Shown here: positions 27,863 to 41,634 of the stretch, in pieces
Layout of the letters: each line of letters starts with the position of its first letter
How positions within the stretch are numbered: position 1 is the first letter of the stretch
DNA from: Felis catus
Taxonomy: Eukaryota
Assembly: GCF_018350175.1 (NCBI RefSeq)
Contig: NC_058368.1
Coordinates: 220,722,001-220,786,000 of the forward strand
DNA length: 64,000 nt
Direction of reading: 5' to 3'
Notes under the pieces: generated by a model
What the model was told of the DNA's origin: nothing
The model's database searches: none
The model's input: the letters and a program-made list of their open reading frames with translations, nothing else
Translations under genes and position numbers: made by a program

Positions 27863-27909
27863 GGAAACAAAACTATTGCTCAAAAACATTTATTTTTGGC
27901 ATTAATCTG

Positions 27910-29190
27910 TATATTATTATTATTATTATTATTATTATCATCATTTTATTATAGGAGAATACAGTAAAACCTTGGTTTGTGAGCATAATTCGTTCTGGAA
28001 ACACACTTGTAATCCAAAGCACTTGCATATCAAAGCACATTTCCCCATAATAAATAATGGAAACTCAAATGATTCATTCCACAACCCAAAAATATTCATA
28101 TTAAATTATTACAATACTGTAATATAATACAAAATAACAAATAAAATAAAAATATTAATTTTTTTTTAAATTAACCTGCACTTATCTTTGAAAACCTTCA
28201 TGGCTGGTGTGAGGGAGACAAGAGAGGGGAGGGTTCTTGTGTAGGACAACTTTCACTATCACTAACGGAATCACTGCTATCTATTGGCTCAATGGAATCT
28301 TTTTCTTTTTGTGCAACTTTAACAAGGAACCTATCTGATGACCTAGAATAAAGCATAAGAATAAACTTATTCTTGTATAGAAAAGCACCATAGGTGCTTT
28401 GAAGTGACAAAAAATACACTAGTGCCAGTTTTGGGCATCTTCCAACAGTCTGAAAAATCACTGATTTCTCCCAAAACCACATAAGACAGAGCATCCAAAC
28501 ATGGGAGAAAATTACCCACAATCCTGTAGCAAGAGAAAGGAAGAGAGACAGAGAGACAGAGAGAGAGAGAGGAACCATTAGCTCAGTTGTGATCATGTGA
28601 TGTTTGGCATCATCGTACTATGTGTATTGCAAGACATCACTCATTTATCAAGTTAAAATTTATTAGAAATGCTTGCTCATCTTGCAGAACCCTTGCAGAA
28701 AAAGTTACTCTCAATTCAAAGTTTTACAGTAGTTAACATACTGTGTTACATTAGTTTCAGGCATACAACATTATGATTCAATGTCTCTATACATTATGCT
28801 GTTCTCACCACAAATGTCACCACCATTTGTCACCATACAACACTATTACAACACTATTGACTATATCCCCTATGCTGTGCTTTTCATCCCCATGACTCAT
28901 TAATTCCATAACTAGGAATAAGCCTGTACCTCCCACTCCCCTTTACCCATCTTACCCATCCCCTCATTCCCCTTCCCTCTGGCAACCACCAATTTGTTCT
29001 CCATATTTATGGCTCTAATTCTACATTTTTTGTTTGTTTGTTCATTTATTTTTTAGATTTTATATATAAGTGAAATCATATGGTATTTGTCTTTCTCTGT
29101 TTGACTCAATTCATTTAGCATAATACTTTCTAGGTCGATTTAGGTTGACACCAATGGCAAGATCTTATCTTTTTTTTAAGGCTGCAAAAT
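27910..29190 (-). mobile_element. L1 3' end (carnivore L1_Carn / L1MA9-like), split by the Tigger
   Basis: (ATT)n tail and 'ttttattata' lie left of the Tigger; 'gttaacatactgtgttacattagtttcagg...cccttccctctggcaaccacc...agtgaaatcatatggtatttgtctttctctg' lies right of it. Confidence 0.85.
27962..28729. mobile_element. Tigger (TcMar) non-autonomous element, MER82-like
   Basis: Imperfect terminal inverted repeats cagtaaaaccttggtt / aattcaaagttttacag, with TA on both sides (27960-61, 28730-31). Confidence 0.82.
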
Positions 29191-29654
29191 ACATAGAAAC
29201 ATATAAATATTGGAAATATTTATTATATAAATATAATGGAATGGAATACATACATATACATTACACATACTATATATATAATGTGTGTGTATATATATAT
29301 ACATATATACATATATATGTGTATATATAATGCTTTACTTAGCTATCTATATATTAATGTAATGGTAATAAGTATTCTTTGTAATACCATCTGGTAAATA
29401 AATCCCCAATATCATTTTTTTAAATTCCATTTTGATCATATCCTCATCAATACATCAGATGTCTATGTCAGTGAGCTACTGCTGAATAACAAAGCCACCA
29501 AAACTCAAATAACAAATATTTTTTTTTCTTTTTTACACTCATAGATCTCTGGGTAAGGTGGGTCATTTCAGCTTCAGATGGTAGGTCTGCAGATCAGTTG
29601 GGGGCTTGGTTTCAAGCATGAATCCCAATCTATGTGTTACTTGTGATTAGCGGC

Positions 29655-29945
29655 TACTATAAAAGAAAAATCACATCAGACTATTTAGACAGGCAAGGAA
29701 GACTTTCTTCAAGACCATAGCAATAGAGGAGAGAGAGTGAACTCAATTCCAAATTCAACAGGGACACTTGGGGATTTATATCCACAGGTATGGTGAGGTG
29801 TCAGTGGATGAAAAATTACTACAAGAAACTGGGTGATGTATCAGTGATGAGGGAGAGAGAAACTTGATTAGATATCAAGGGTGGGTGGAGGAAGAAGGGC
29901 TTAATTTGATATTAAGGGTTAAGGAATTCTTGATCAACTGCCGAA
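29655..29945 (-). mobile_element. ERV1-class LTR fragment (MER31/MER67-like)
   Basis: 'ggcaaggaagacttt..caag...ggggatttata...gtcagtggatgaaaaattact'. Confidence 0.6.
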
Positions 29946-30004
29946 ATAATAGATCCTAAGAGCTCTGTTTTGTCTTTCTTTTTTTTTTGTACCTATCTAT
30001 CTAT

Positions 30005-30146
30005 CTATGCATATATGAGATGATGGATGTTAACTAAACTTACTGTGGTAATCACTTCACAATATACGTAAGGTAAGTCATTATACTGCACACCTTAAAG
30101 GCAAAAAGTGATCTATGCCAGTTATATCTCAATAAAAATGGAAAAC
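30005..30146 (+). mobile_element. L1 3' UTR terminus fragment
   Basis: 'gatggatgttaactaaacttactgtggtaatcacttcacaatatac...ttatatctcaataaaaatggaaaa'. Confidence 0.8.
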
Positions 30147-31329
30147 ATAATAGGCATATTACATATTACACAATATTTCCTTTTGGATAGTTTGTAGTTT
30201 AGAAAATTAACTTTTAGCTACACAATTCATTGATGATACCTTATGTAAAATGTTATAATTTGTGTTAAAGTTGGGCCAAAAATAAGAAATATCATTTATC
30301 AGCTGTAAGCTGTGGGGCTTTGTTTAATATGTTTCTAACAGAAGGAAGCTTCCATTTTCATCAGGCATCTGTGATAATTAAGCCCTCATGTGGGAATGTT
30401 CTATGACTAATGATTGGGCAAATGTTCTATAGACTAGCTTTTGGTTTCATACATAGGACCTTTGTCTCTGTTCTCTGGGTCATGGCACTCGTTGAATCCA
30501 CAGAGCAGATTTTTAGAATATTTCTAAAATCCACTCAAACTCTGGATACAAAACAATAACTTCAAGGTACAAGGTGCCAAAGAAGAAAATGTGCTCCCAC
30601 ATTCTTTCCAAAAAAAACCCTACAAATGGAATATCTCATTCAAATTTATGGATCCTGAGTTTGGAGGCATAACAATGATTCTGAGGAAGAAGAGGATATG
30701 AATGGAGACTAGAGCTGAGAAAGTAGCTCACAAGATAACTAAAATGCAAATGCCTTTGAACCTAAGAGTGCTATTCACACACTTGTCCTTCCAATGGGAA
30801 TGCAGAATAACTGAACAAAGGCAATAGTCTTGGGGTGGATTAGTCTATCCCAGCAACTCAATAACCTGAAAGAGAAGATGTAAAAGTCACTGGTCCTTAG
30901 AAAACACATGGAGATTTTCACAAAGAGCAATAGGTACAACCTCAAGTGTGAGAGTTACTGATTTAAAACACAGACACAGGATTTCCTAGAGTAAACACTG
31001 GAGCTCCATCTTCCCTGAAGTGAAATTGGCGAGAGCGCTGGTACGTGGGTGGCCAGCCCTCATGTCTCGTATCACATCCGCAAGTGTACATTCTTGTCTC
31101 TTCCTCTGATTCTCCCTGTAGTTAAGAGACTAAGTCTAGTGGATCAGTGAGTTTTAATTTCACCTGTGACAATGGCAGCTCCAATTTCCCATTTCTTTAT
31201 AATTTCCTTAGACCTGTTCCCTGTTCTCTATCTTCCTTATACATAGTTTAAAATTTTCTGATTATGTATTTTCTTTTTGGATAAAGCCAGCCAGAAAATG
31301 TCTATTCCACAAACAATTTTTTGAACTAT

Positions 31330-31617
31330 AATAAACCAGTCACATAAAGACAAATATAATACAATATGCCCTCTTTTATGAGGTATCTGGAATAGTCAAA
31401 ATCATTTAAGCAGAAAGTAGAATGGTGGTTGCTAGGGGCTGGGGAGTGGAGGAAATGGAGATTTGTTGTTTAATGGTTTAGAGTTTCAATTTTGCAACAT
31501 GAAAAAGTTTGGGAGATTGGTTGCATAATAATGTGAATATACTTAACATTACTGAACTGTACATTTAGAAATGGTGAAGATAGTAAATTTTATTTTATGT
31601 GATTTTACCATAAAAAA
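31330..31617 (+). mobile_element. L1MB-like 3' end
   Basis: 'cagaaagtagaatggtggttgctaggggctgggg...atacttaacattactgaactgtacatttagaaatgg'. Confidence 0.85.
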
Positions 31618-32169
31618 TATATCTTGCTCCTCCAAACTCTTGACAGCACTGTGTAAAATGTTCACCTTCTTTTCCGTTTCAGTGTAAAATCAAGTCTCCT
31701 ATACAACTTGATAACAAATCTGCTGAATCACTCAGCCATCCCATAAAGGTAGGTCAATGTATGTGCCCTTTCAGTATACACATTTTATAAACTCCAGAGA
31801 AAAGTACTTCCACACTCTCCCAGGCTTTCTTGCACTCTATAATCAACAGAAACGGTCATTATAATTGTAAATTGCCTGGAATTGTAATATTACCTATTTG
31901 TTTTAATGGTAAATTGAAAGAAGATGGACAGTAATACTTCAAGGACCTAGTCTATTTAAGAAGAGGCTTAAAGTTACCCCTTGATAAATGCTCACATATG
32001 CCAGAAAACAGAAATATATTAGCACGTAGTATTCTGGCATTGTGATAACAGACATTGAAAATACATTGGTTCTCATTTGACACTTTTCTAATTTGAAATA
32101 TTCTTTGTGTTTACTACCCAAGGTGTTTTTAGATTGGTAACTCATTAACAAATTTAATGTTCTCAGGTA

Positions 32170-32500
32170 GAGTTGCATGATGTAAATAGTAGTTGTCCCC
32201 CAAGAACTGTTCTCCCCTTTCTCCTGGACACAGCCCCAGCCTTCCTTGCAATTAGGCATGCCCATGTAACTAAATTTTATCCAATGCCATATAAGTAGAG
32301 GTTAATCGTAGTCTAATTGCAAGCCCAGTGCATGGAAAACTCCCAGCACTCTCTGCAATGTCTCTTCACCCATCTAACTGATTGGTATGTAATGCCTTTA
32401 GAGTAATTGGAAGCCACATGTTGAAGATTGCAAAGAAGAAAAAACCTTTTGTGCTTGCAACATTATATGTTTGGGTTTCTATTTCACAGTATGTTAACTT
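32170..32500. mobile_element. Degenerate MLT1 (MaLR) fragment
   Basis: 'cagccttccttgcaattaggcatgcccatgtaactaaatttt', 'gaagccacatgttgaagat'. Confidence 0.55.
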
Positions 32501-32789
32501 ACCTTAAATAATTCAAGGTTGAAGTAAACAAGCGAAGTGAAGAAAGTTCATAAAACAATAGCCATTAAGTATAATTTTCCCTCCAATCCTAATTATGTTA
32601 GATCATTGAGAAGAGGCCCATAAAACTGTGGCCCTGGGAGAATGTCTGGTCTGAACCTAAAGGCTATAGGGTCATCTAACTGATAAGGGTTAGGAATGGT
32701 AGCATATACAAATTAGGAGGGAGAAAGTAGATCAATATTTTCTACCTACTCAACTCTGTCAACTCTGTCAGTTCTGAGAATGGCAACTG

Positions 32790-33200
32790 CACACCCCCTT
32801 CACCTCATAAATAAATTTCCTTGCCTGAAGAAATTTATTGAAAAGTACTCTCAAGCTTAACATCTATTGGGGTGGTGGGCAGTAGGATTGAGCAGTGGGA
32901 AAAGTGAATTCACACAACGACTTAAGTCAGAGTTGAGCACCTGAAGAACTCTGGAGCTGGAATCATTCTTCAAAAGTAAACCAAGTGAGGCAAGTAGGTC
33001 AGGCTTTTCTACACCTCCATGACCAGTCATGGGATGTGGGCTGCCAAATGCACTAGATGGCTCACTTCTGCTCAGGATATCTCCTAAAGAAGAGACTCAG
33101 TTGAGATCTGTTGAGTGCCCATCCTTGCAGTCATTGGAGGAATAAGTGTTTCAACCCAACGAAGGAGACATGAGTATCTCGATGCCATACAGGATCCATT
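32790..33200 (-). mobile_element. LTR16/LTR33-like ERVL LTR fragment
   Basis: 'gcagtaggattgagcagtggg...gaactctggagctgg...gaccagtcatgggatgtgggctgcc'; similar to 23230-23660. Confidence 0.55.
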
Positions 33201-33879
33201 AGACAGAGGGTCACTGACCCAGCTAAGAAGTACGTGCAAGGGTTGCGCTAACTGCTACTAACCCACTTACTTATGCTTATTCCTGCCAAATATATGCCAT
33301 AAGCCTTATGAGTAGCTCCACTATTTAATTGTAATTTCAGTATTGAATCTAGAAAGGGCCTCGGCCAGAAGAAATAGAAATCACATCCACAAGCTGCATT
33401 AATAGGTTGTTCATACAATTTCCTAAAACGGAATACAATTGGTGAGCATGAGCCCAAGGGAAAAATGGTCATGAAGTGAGACTGTCTCGTGAGACATTGT
33501 CTATCTTAAGTCAAGTAGGATGCAAAATAGTTTTCAAGTTATTCAGTAAGTACTTATTGACTGAAAAGAAAATCAGTTTGAGCTATGTGAAGGAACCGTG
33601 TTCACTTTTCTATTCTTCGAGCTTATCACAATTCCTGACATAAAGCAGGCATTCAAAATAGTTATCGTGATCAAGATTCACATTTTAGAGTATCAATTCA
33701 GATGTAGCTAAATGTGTTTTTATTTTTTTCAGTAAATTCGACTAATTCAGGAACCCACTTCTCTGTTTCTGAAGTAGGTTGGTGTGGCTAAGGGATAACA
33801 GATGAGAGTATGGGTATGATTTAATCTTGCATGCACAGGATACAAGATGCATCTGTTTTATTTTATTTTTTAAATTGTA

Positions 33880-33994
33880 TATATTTTTAAAATATTTTAT
33901 TGTTAAGTAATCTCTGCATTCAATGGGGGGTTCAAACCCACAACCCTGAGATCAAGAGTTGCACGCCCTACTGACTGAGCCAGCCAGGCACCCC
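33880..33994 (-). mobile_element. Short, older-type CanSINE
   Basis: 'aagtaatctct...acaaccctgagatcaagagttgc...actgactgagccagccaggcacccc'. Confidence 0.85.
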
Positions 33995-36900
33995 TATACA
34001 CATCTATTTCAAGACAATTTAAAATCAGTCAAGTTCAAACTTCACATCATAATCACATATTTTCTTTTAAGCCTTCCTTGGGTCCTCCTCTCCAGACAGA
34101 TTTCTGAGCGTACCAGGAGGAAGAAAGAACAGGCATCAGTGGTCTATCAATGGCTAATCTATTCTCCCTGACATCCATGCAGACACCCAGTTTTTGGATA
34201 TTGTTATTAGTATTACTTACGTGTTGGTCTTGATAGGCACTTGGGGATACATCTCCAACTGAATTAGTCTGTGATCCAATCCTTGGCCTGTAAAGGCAAG
34301 AGCCACATTCTCAGAACCCTTTTTTCTCCAAACTGTTTCAAATCCTCTCAGCTGATCTCCATTTCTGCCCTACTCTTGAATATCTTTTCTAATGAATAAT
34401 GGAAATAAACTCCAAAATACCTGTCCAGACACTATTGTCAAACTTAGCTGACTGTCCACTTAGTGCTTTGTTGGAGGTACAGTGAATTGACAAGGTCCTG
34501 GCCTTTCTGCTACATGTTCCATCATTCCAGTCTCCACATAGTTTGAATATTCATTACCTGCCTCACTTGTCCCTCACTCGCAACACCTAGTTTAGAGACA
34601 CCCAAATATATCTCAGTATCTCTAAACTTTTCATAGCTGTACCAACACAGGCACAGGCATATAGTAAGTATTTATTGAAAAATATTGATAAATACTCAAA
34701 TTGTACTTATTTAGTTAATAAACTCCATTTGAAATGATTATTTAACTACAAATATAGTTAACAAATACAGTTAAATAACCTCAGCTCTTATTTCTCAATA
34801 AAATTTACACTGATATAACGAGACTTTGACAATTTCCCGAATATAATCAACATACATGATTTTTATGGTATTTCCTTCAAAATGGATAGGAAACACTAAG
34901 GTAGATCACTGGGGGAATATTGGTTTGAATGACTCATATATACCCCTAATGTCACCATTTTATTTCTCAGAGGCTATATGTTTATTTCACTGCTTTTGAA
35001 TTTTTCTTAAGTGTCAATGCATAACTTATGAGATTTCATTTTGGAAGAGAGGCCCATGCAAATGTTAAGTGTAAGCCATGATGTAGACAACCTAATACTG
35101 TGTGTCAAACTAGGTTTACAGTCAACAATGACCTTTAACATTCCTATTTATATTCCAAAATGAGAGTAATAAATTTTTTAAGTGTAGTTGTAAATATATA
35201 TAGTAACATTGTTTTTTCTTGGTTAGGATGTGATTGACAACAGATACACTTTTAGATTGCCTTTATCATATCATTTGTCCCCATTTAAAGAGTGTTTCCT
35301 AATTTATTTTAGATACATTACATATTGTATGCAATCTCTACATAATAAAACACAGGGGTATGCACACGTTTTTCTTTGTGTAGCTGGTTAAGTGAGGTTA
35401 AATAAGGTGAAGTAAATTCCATAATTTTGTTTTTATTGAAAAGAATGATTTTTATTAAAAATATTAATTGATACATATTGACCCATAAAATCAGTATCAT
35501 TTAAAATATGCAAAACCAATTTTCTAGAAGTTGCATTTTTATATTATTTTTCATCAGTTATAGCTTTTGCTACATTGTGTTGTGCTTATAAGCATTCCCC
35601 ACATTTCAGTGTCTTACTTGTGAAGTGTCATTGTTACCTCCAAATCAGTTTTAACTGTGTTCGGTGTCTACAAATCAGAAACCAGACTGAACTAACAGGC
35701 TCTATATGGATCATGTAATGTGATTTTCATAAGGAGAGGGAAAAACCACGGACCAAAACATTGTGCTGCTCCTTAAACTCCTACTTGTATGCAGCACACA
35801 TAATTTCTACTCGTATCCTATTGGCCAGAAAGAGTCACATGAGCAAGCTTGATATCAATGGCATGACAAGATAGCTTCTTCCCAATGGGAGCACCGCATG
35901 TCATATGGCAGTGGGAAGAGATGTACAATCCTCTGACATCTGAGGAAAGCACGATTTGGAACAGTTTGTTTATAAATAAATATTTTAAAAAGTACACCTT
36001 CATGAATTTCTATAAAAGCCACATAAAAATGGCTTCACTATAAGAAAACATGTATGGAATATTTCATTTTCAATGTTTGTTCTTCAAAACCTAAAGAAAC
36101 TATTAAGGTATTCATATGAAACCAAAGGTCTTAAAATTGACTTCATGGGGAAGCTTATTTTGAAAGCTTCTAGGTTTCTTTTAGTTCTTGAGGTCAAAAA
36201 TTGAATGACCTGAGAGATATAGATTCCTTGTAGGGCTCTGGAACCCTTGCTAGATGGATTTTATAAACACCAAAGATGTTAGCGAAGTTCATTTTTTCTA
36301 TTTTCTATTAGATCAAAAACATAGAACTCCTATGATTTTTGTTCCATCAAAATCCTACTGAAAAAACATAAGTTTGCCTTCTTTGCACAAAAAGCTATCC
36401 TTTGGATAGATAAGGAGAAAATCTGAACTATGAGAACTCAGACATCTCTATAAAAAATAGTATCAAAGATAGTGACACTGCTTGCTTTTTGGGAGACAAA
36501 TCTGAATATTAGGATTCAGAGTTGAAGGGAATGTCCTTTCCTGCATTCCATTCTGTGCCTTTTCAGTGATTCCCTGTCTACCTGCATTACCTGTTCAAAA
36601 CACAGAAAAACAAGTTAACACCTACATTGAATTATATACTTCCAGAAGCTCTTTTCTTTGTATCTCCCATCTTTCTATTCATTTGAATTTTTTCCTTTGA
36701 TAGCAGAGAAATGATAGTTGTTAGTAATCAGTTGTATTTCTTATTAAAATTCCACAAAAAATGTTTTTTTTAATTTTTAATTTCTGTTCTTTTCCTGTTC
36801 TCTTTCCTTATGTCTCTTTTACTATTTTTCTGAAATTATTCTGTTCCACAAGTATTTTCTAATAGAAAATAACTAATTAGTAGAGTCTAGCCTAAAATTC

Positions 36901-37699
36901 AAGAGATTGGAAATGATTTTCAAGGAGGCACTTCCGAGTGAATGTAAGTAGTGTGGGAAAATGAAAAGAAAAGGTACACTCTAAAGAAGGTGATTTATTG
37001 CCAAAGTACAAGTGTAAACTGAACGTGATCAGACTTGAGAAAAACGTGCTGCCATTTCATAATACACAAAGAGATTATTTGTTTTGATGCCATTCTACAC
37101 ATCTAAAATAGCTGGTGTACCAAATACATACTGCTATGCTTTCCCACTCCCTCTACTTTTGTAAATACACAATTTTTTCCCATTCCATATAATTCCAGTT
37201 GGCTGGAAAAATTCAAGTAATAATTTTCTTTTCAAATACATGCATCAATATGTGATTAAATAAAAATGATGATGATGTACTTTCAGGCTGAATATAATTG
37301 AGTTGATATTTGAAACACATAAAAGGAACAATGTGGTATGTAGTTATCACCATTATTGTTGTGATCATGTATTTAAAGCCTGCCAATGGGAATTCTCCTG
37401 CAAGCCAATTGTGCTTGGGCATGAAATCCTATGATTGCTTAGTTAGTATTATTAAATTATCATTTTATTTATATAGGAGCTGCAAATATTCTAAATTAAA
37501 AGTGCTATCTTTTGCTCTTAGTATATCGTTACTATACAGTCAATATTAAAGTCATCAACCGAGTTATCAAATACATAGATAATATCAAAAACGACAATTT
37601 CTCAAAATACGCATATAAGCTACTAAACATCTGCTTTAACAATACCTACGATATCCTAACATATTTACCTAAAGTAAGAAAACCATGTTAGCATGTGCT

Positions 37700-38100
37700 A
37701 CATAAAAAATCATGGTGGCTTAATTACCACAGTGGCTTAAAGCAACAACCATTTACCTAGGTCATAATTCTGTAGGTCAGAAATTTGTTCTGGGGTAAGT
37801 TAGGGTGTTCTTGGTTCCTCTAGTCTGGGATAGGCTCTGCTGATTGTGGTCAAGGTTGCTCATAAGTTTATGGTATACTGGTGAATCAGTCATGGATGGC
37901 TTGTGTAACATGACTTAGCTGAGATGGCACATGTCTTCTTCATGTGGTTTCTGTTCACCAGAAAACTAAATATATATATTTTATGTGGAAGAGTTGTCAG
38001 AGTCCCCAAAAGCCGAAGTGAACAAGCTCCAGTGTGCAATGCTTTTCAAACAATTACCTGTGTCATATTTAGTACTGACCATTGGACATATCATGTCACT
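37700..38100. mobile_element. MLT1 (MaLR) LTR fragment
   Basis: 'agtggcttaaagcaacaaccattt...aattctgtaggtcagaaattt'. Confidence 0.6.
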
Positions 38101-38539
38101 ATTATCTCAGAACTTTCCACCTAACTTGCGGCAACAAAGATTTTTCCTAGATTTTCTTCTAATCTTTTTACTGTTTTAAATATCACACTTTAAATTATGA
38201 TCTGTCTTGAATTAAAGAAGAATTTTTTCATATGAAGTAAATGGTAAATTCATCTTTTTTGTGTGAGGATATCCAATCTCCCCAACACCACTTGTTGAAA
38301 GAAATTATCCTTTTCTCATTGAACTGGCTTGGCAACTTTGTGGAAAATCCGCTGAAGCAGAAGATGCCAAATTCTACACACTATGAATATCTTAGCATTA
38401 TTTTCCCTTGTAAATATAAGCTCTATCTTTCAGGAACAAATGTAGAAAATTAATGAATCAGCAGTATTCCTTCTCATATATCCATGGTTCCTCATATGGC
38501 ACAGAAGCCTAGGATATATATAAAAGCCAGCAAAATCAT

Positions 38540-38751
38540 GGGGCGCCTGGGTGGCGCAGTCGGTTAAGCGTCCGACTTCAGCCAGGTCACGATCTCGCGG
38601 TCCCTGAGTTCGAGCCCCGTGTCGGGCTCTGGGCTGATGGCTCAGAGCCTGGAGCCTGTTTCCGATTCTGTGTCTCCCTCTCTCTCTGCCCCTCCCCCGT
38701 TCATGCTCTGTCTCTCTCTGTCCCAAAAATAAATAAACGTTGAAAAAAAAA
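38540..38751 (+). mobile_element. Young SINEC_Fc-type CanSINE
   Basis: CpG-rich, with intact A box (tggcgcagtcgg) and B box (gttcgagcc); perfect 17-bp TSD aaaagccagcaaaatca (38522-38538 / 38752-38768). Confidence 0.97.
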
Positions 38752-38848
38752 AAAAGCCAGCAAAATCAAAATTTAATGGTTCGTTTTTTGGCATTAATTG
38801 TTTGGTGTTGAAATCAGAAAAATAAATTTCTGGTAAGTCATGATCTTT

Positions 38849-38948
38849 TTTTTTTTTTTAAAGTAAACTCTACTGTACACATGGGGCTGGTACATGAGAC
38901 TCCAAGATCAAGTGTCACAAGCTCTACCAACTGAGCCAGCCAGGCACT
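38849..38948 (-). mobile_element. Short, older-type CanSINE
   Basis: 'ccaactgagccagccaggcac'; TSD aagtcatgatcttt (38835-38848 / 38950-38963). Confidence 0.85.
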
Positions 38949-39904
38949 AAAGTCATGATCTTTCGAATGTCCCTTTTAGTCTGAAGTTTCTCTTCGTTCT
39001 TTTTTTTTTCCTGCTTCAGTGTTTTAGAAATACAGTATACTTTTATTAAAATGCCTGAGTTTTTACTATATTTCACTGTTTCCTTCCTGCCCTTACCATT
39101 CAGTAGGTTAATTATGTGTTGACACATTTTGCAATAAGAGCTGTGGTCCACGTGGTAATAGGAGGACAGGGTATTTTGGAGAGTGCCTTTTAAAATATTT
39201 TTGCTAAGAGCTGCTACTTATGGCTGCCAAGTGAGAGATAGTACCCATCTTAAGACATTCCTCTGGGAATGGAGGGTGATCCTTAATATTACAGGCGAGA
39301 AAGCTGACTCTGAACTACTGTTATAGCAGCTTAATGGTTCCCAGTGGGAGATAGTTACAGGATTTATTTCTCACATGCTGATTTGGGAAAAGTCATGCTT
39401 GCACCCATGTCATGTGTAAAGAACTTGTTCAGAATCAGTCATTCACTGATACAGAGAATAAATTGAATGCTATACATAAAAATCAACTAAAGAGAGAAAT
39501 AAAAACAAGCTGATTTCATTAGCTGAAATCTTAGCATTCAAAACACAAGAGAAATAAAAATTTACATGTGAAATCAAATGCAAGGGTTAGACCAGTAAAG
39601 AAGCCAAATAAAGCTAGGTGAAATGAGAAAACAAAAGTAAAGAAAGAAAAAGGGAAGAAAATTCGGAAAGAAAAAAGAAGAAATGAAAATAAACCAGCCA
39701 CAATAATTGGCAATTGTATGAATTCTACAACTGTGGTAGATTGAGGTTGTCTGATTTCCAGTTTGTTCACTTCTTTCTGTATTCATTCCTTCAATAGTCC
39801 CCATCTACTCTACCTGCCATGTGACATGGTATGTCCAATGTTCAGATAATAGTACCAGTAGCACAACCATATTTAAAAAAAAATAGATAAATTTGAATTC
39901 TTCA

Positions 39905-40125
39905 TTTCCTTTTTTCCTTTTGAGAGAGGGGGGATGGGCAGAGGGAGAGACAGAGGGGTAGGTAAGGGCAGGGAGAGAGAGAGAGAGACAGAGAGAGAGA
40001 TTCTTAAGCAGCCTCCATGACCAGTGTGGAGCACAATGCAGGGCTTGATCTCACAACCTTGAGATCATGACCTGAGCCAAAATCCAGAGTCAGACGTCTA
40101 ACCAGCTGAGCCACCCAGGTGCCCC
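39905..40125 (-). mobile_element. CanSINE in L1
   Basis: Ends 'gagccacccaggtgcccc'; TSD aaatttgaattctt / aaattggaattctt. Confidence 0.92.
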
Positions 40126-40303
40126 TAAATTGGAATTCTTCGAAATTAAAAAGAAAACAAATTTTCCACTTCAAAAGACACCATTAAAAATTAAAGTACT
40201 GGAATAAAATATTTGCAAATTGTATTTCTCTCAACTTTCTGAAAATGTGGAGAAATCTAACAATTGTAAGAAGACAAACTCCAATTAAAATGAGGCAAAA
40301 ATT

Positions 40304-40532
40304 GGGGCGCCTGGGTGGCGCAGTCGGTTAAGCGTCCGACTTCAGCCAGGTCACGATCTCGCAGTCCATGAGTTCGAGCCCCGCATCAGGCTCTGGGCTG
40401 ATGGCTCAGAGCCTGGAGCCTGTTTCCGATTCTGTGTCTCCCTCTCTCTCTGCCCCTCCCCCGTTCATGCTCTGTCTCTCTCTGTCCCAAAAATAAATAA
40501 ACGTTGAAAAAAAAATTAAAAAAAAATAATAA
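40304..40532 (+). mobile_element. Young SINEC_Fc-type CanSINE in L1
   Basis: Near-identical to the 38540 copy; TSD taaaatgaggcaaaaatt / taaaatgagggaaaaatt. Confidence 0.96.
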
Positions 40533-41215
40533 TAAAATGAGGGAAAAATTGGAACAGTCATTTCACCAAAAAATATTTATGAATGGCTAATAGTTACATG
40601 AAAAGATGCTCACATTCAACCACAATGAAATGAAAATTAAAACCACAATAAGATACCACTTCTTCCTGCTAGAATAATTATAATAAAAAAACACAGACAA
40701 CATGAATGGTTGACAAATACATGTGGAAAACTGGAGACCTCTTATATTGCTGGCACGAATGTGGCAGTTTCTTTCAAAAAAGTAATAAGTGTAACATATG
40801 AAAAAAGGATTGCATTCCTAGGGATATTTCTAAGATAATGAAAACATATGTCCATGCAAAGACCTGTATTCGACAGCATTATTTCTAATAGTCAAAAAGT
40901 GAAAAAAAAATCCAAATGTTTATCAACTGGTGAATGGATAAGCAGAATATGATACATGCAAACAATAAAATTCTATTTAGCAACATATATAGAATGGATT
41001 GCGGATTCTACAACAATTATGAAGCTCAAAAATATGCTAATTACAAGAAACCAAATCAAAAGATCACATATTATAGGAGTTCATTTATACTAAATGTACA
41101 GAAATTGACAAATCTACAGAGGTAAATAAGTGGTTGCTTGGGATTGGGTTAAAATTAAAGACTGAATAACTGTAAACTGATTTGAGGAATCATATTAAGT
41201 GATTTGAATATTTTA

Positions 41216-41323
41216 GTAAATATTTTATTTCTAAGTAATCTCTACACCAAATGTGGGGCTCGAACTTAACAACCCTGAGATCAAGAGTAGCACGCTGTAC
41301 TGACTGAACTAGTCAGATGCCTC
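41216..41323 (-). mobile_element. Short, older-type CanSINE in L1
   Basis: TSD tgatttgaatatttta (41200-41215 / 41324-41339). Confidence 0.88.
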
Positions 41324-41416
41324 TGATTTGAATATTTTAAAATTGGATTGAGGTGATAGTGCCATAACCATACAAATATATTACAACTCATTGAATTGTA
41401 CATCTAAAATGAGTGG

Positions 41417-41634
41417 GGGGGTGTCTAGGTGGCTCAGTTGGTTAAGCGTCGACTTGGGTTCAGGTCATGATCTCATGATTTGTGCGTTTGAGCCCCACAT
41501 GGGGCTCTCTGCTGACAGCTTGGAGCCTGCTTCAGATTCTAAGTCTCCCTCTCTCTCTTTGTCCCTCCCAAGCTCATGTGTGCTCTCTCTGTCTCTGTCT
41601 CTCTCTCTCAAATAAAAATAAAAATAAAACACAT
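41417..41634 (+). mobile_element. CanSINE in L1
   Basis: Head, body and tail; TSD taaaatgagtgg / taaaataagtgg. Confidence 0.9.

Noticed and set aside
38540..38630. tRNA-like A and B boxes
   Set aside because: These are the tRNA-derived SINE head, not a tRNA gene.
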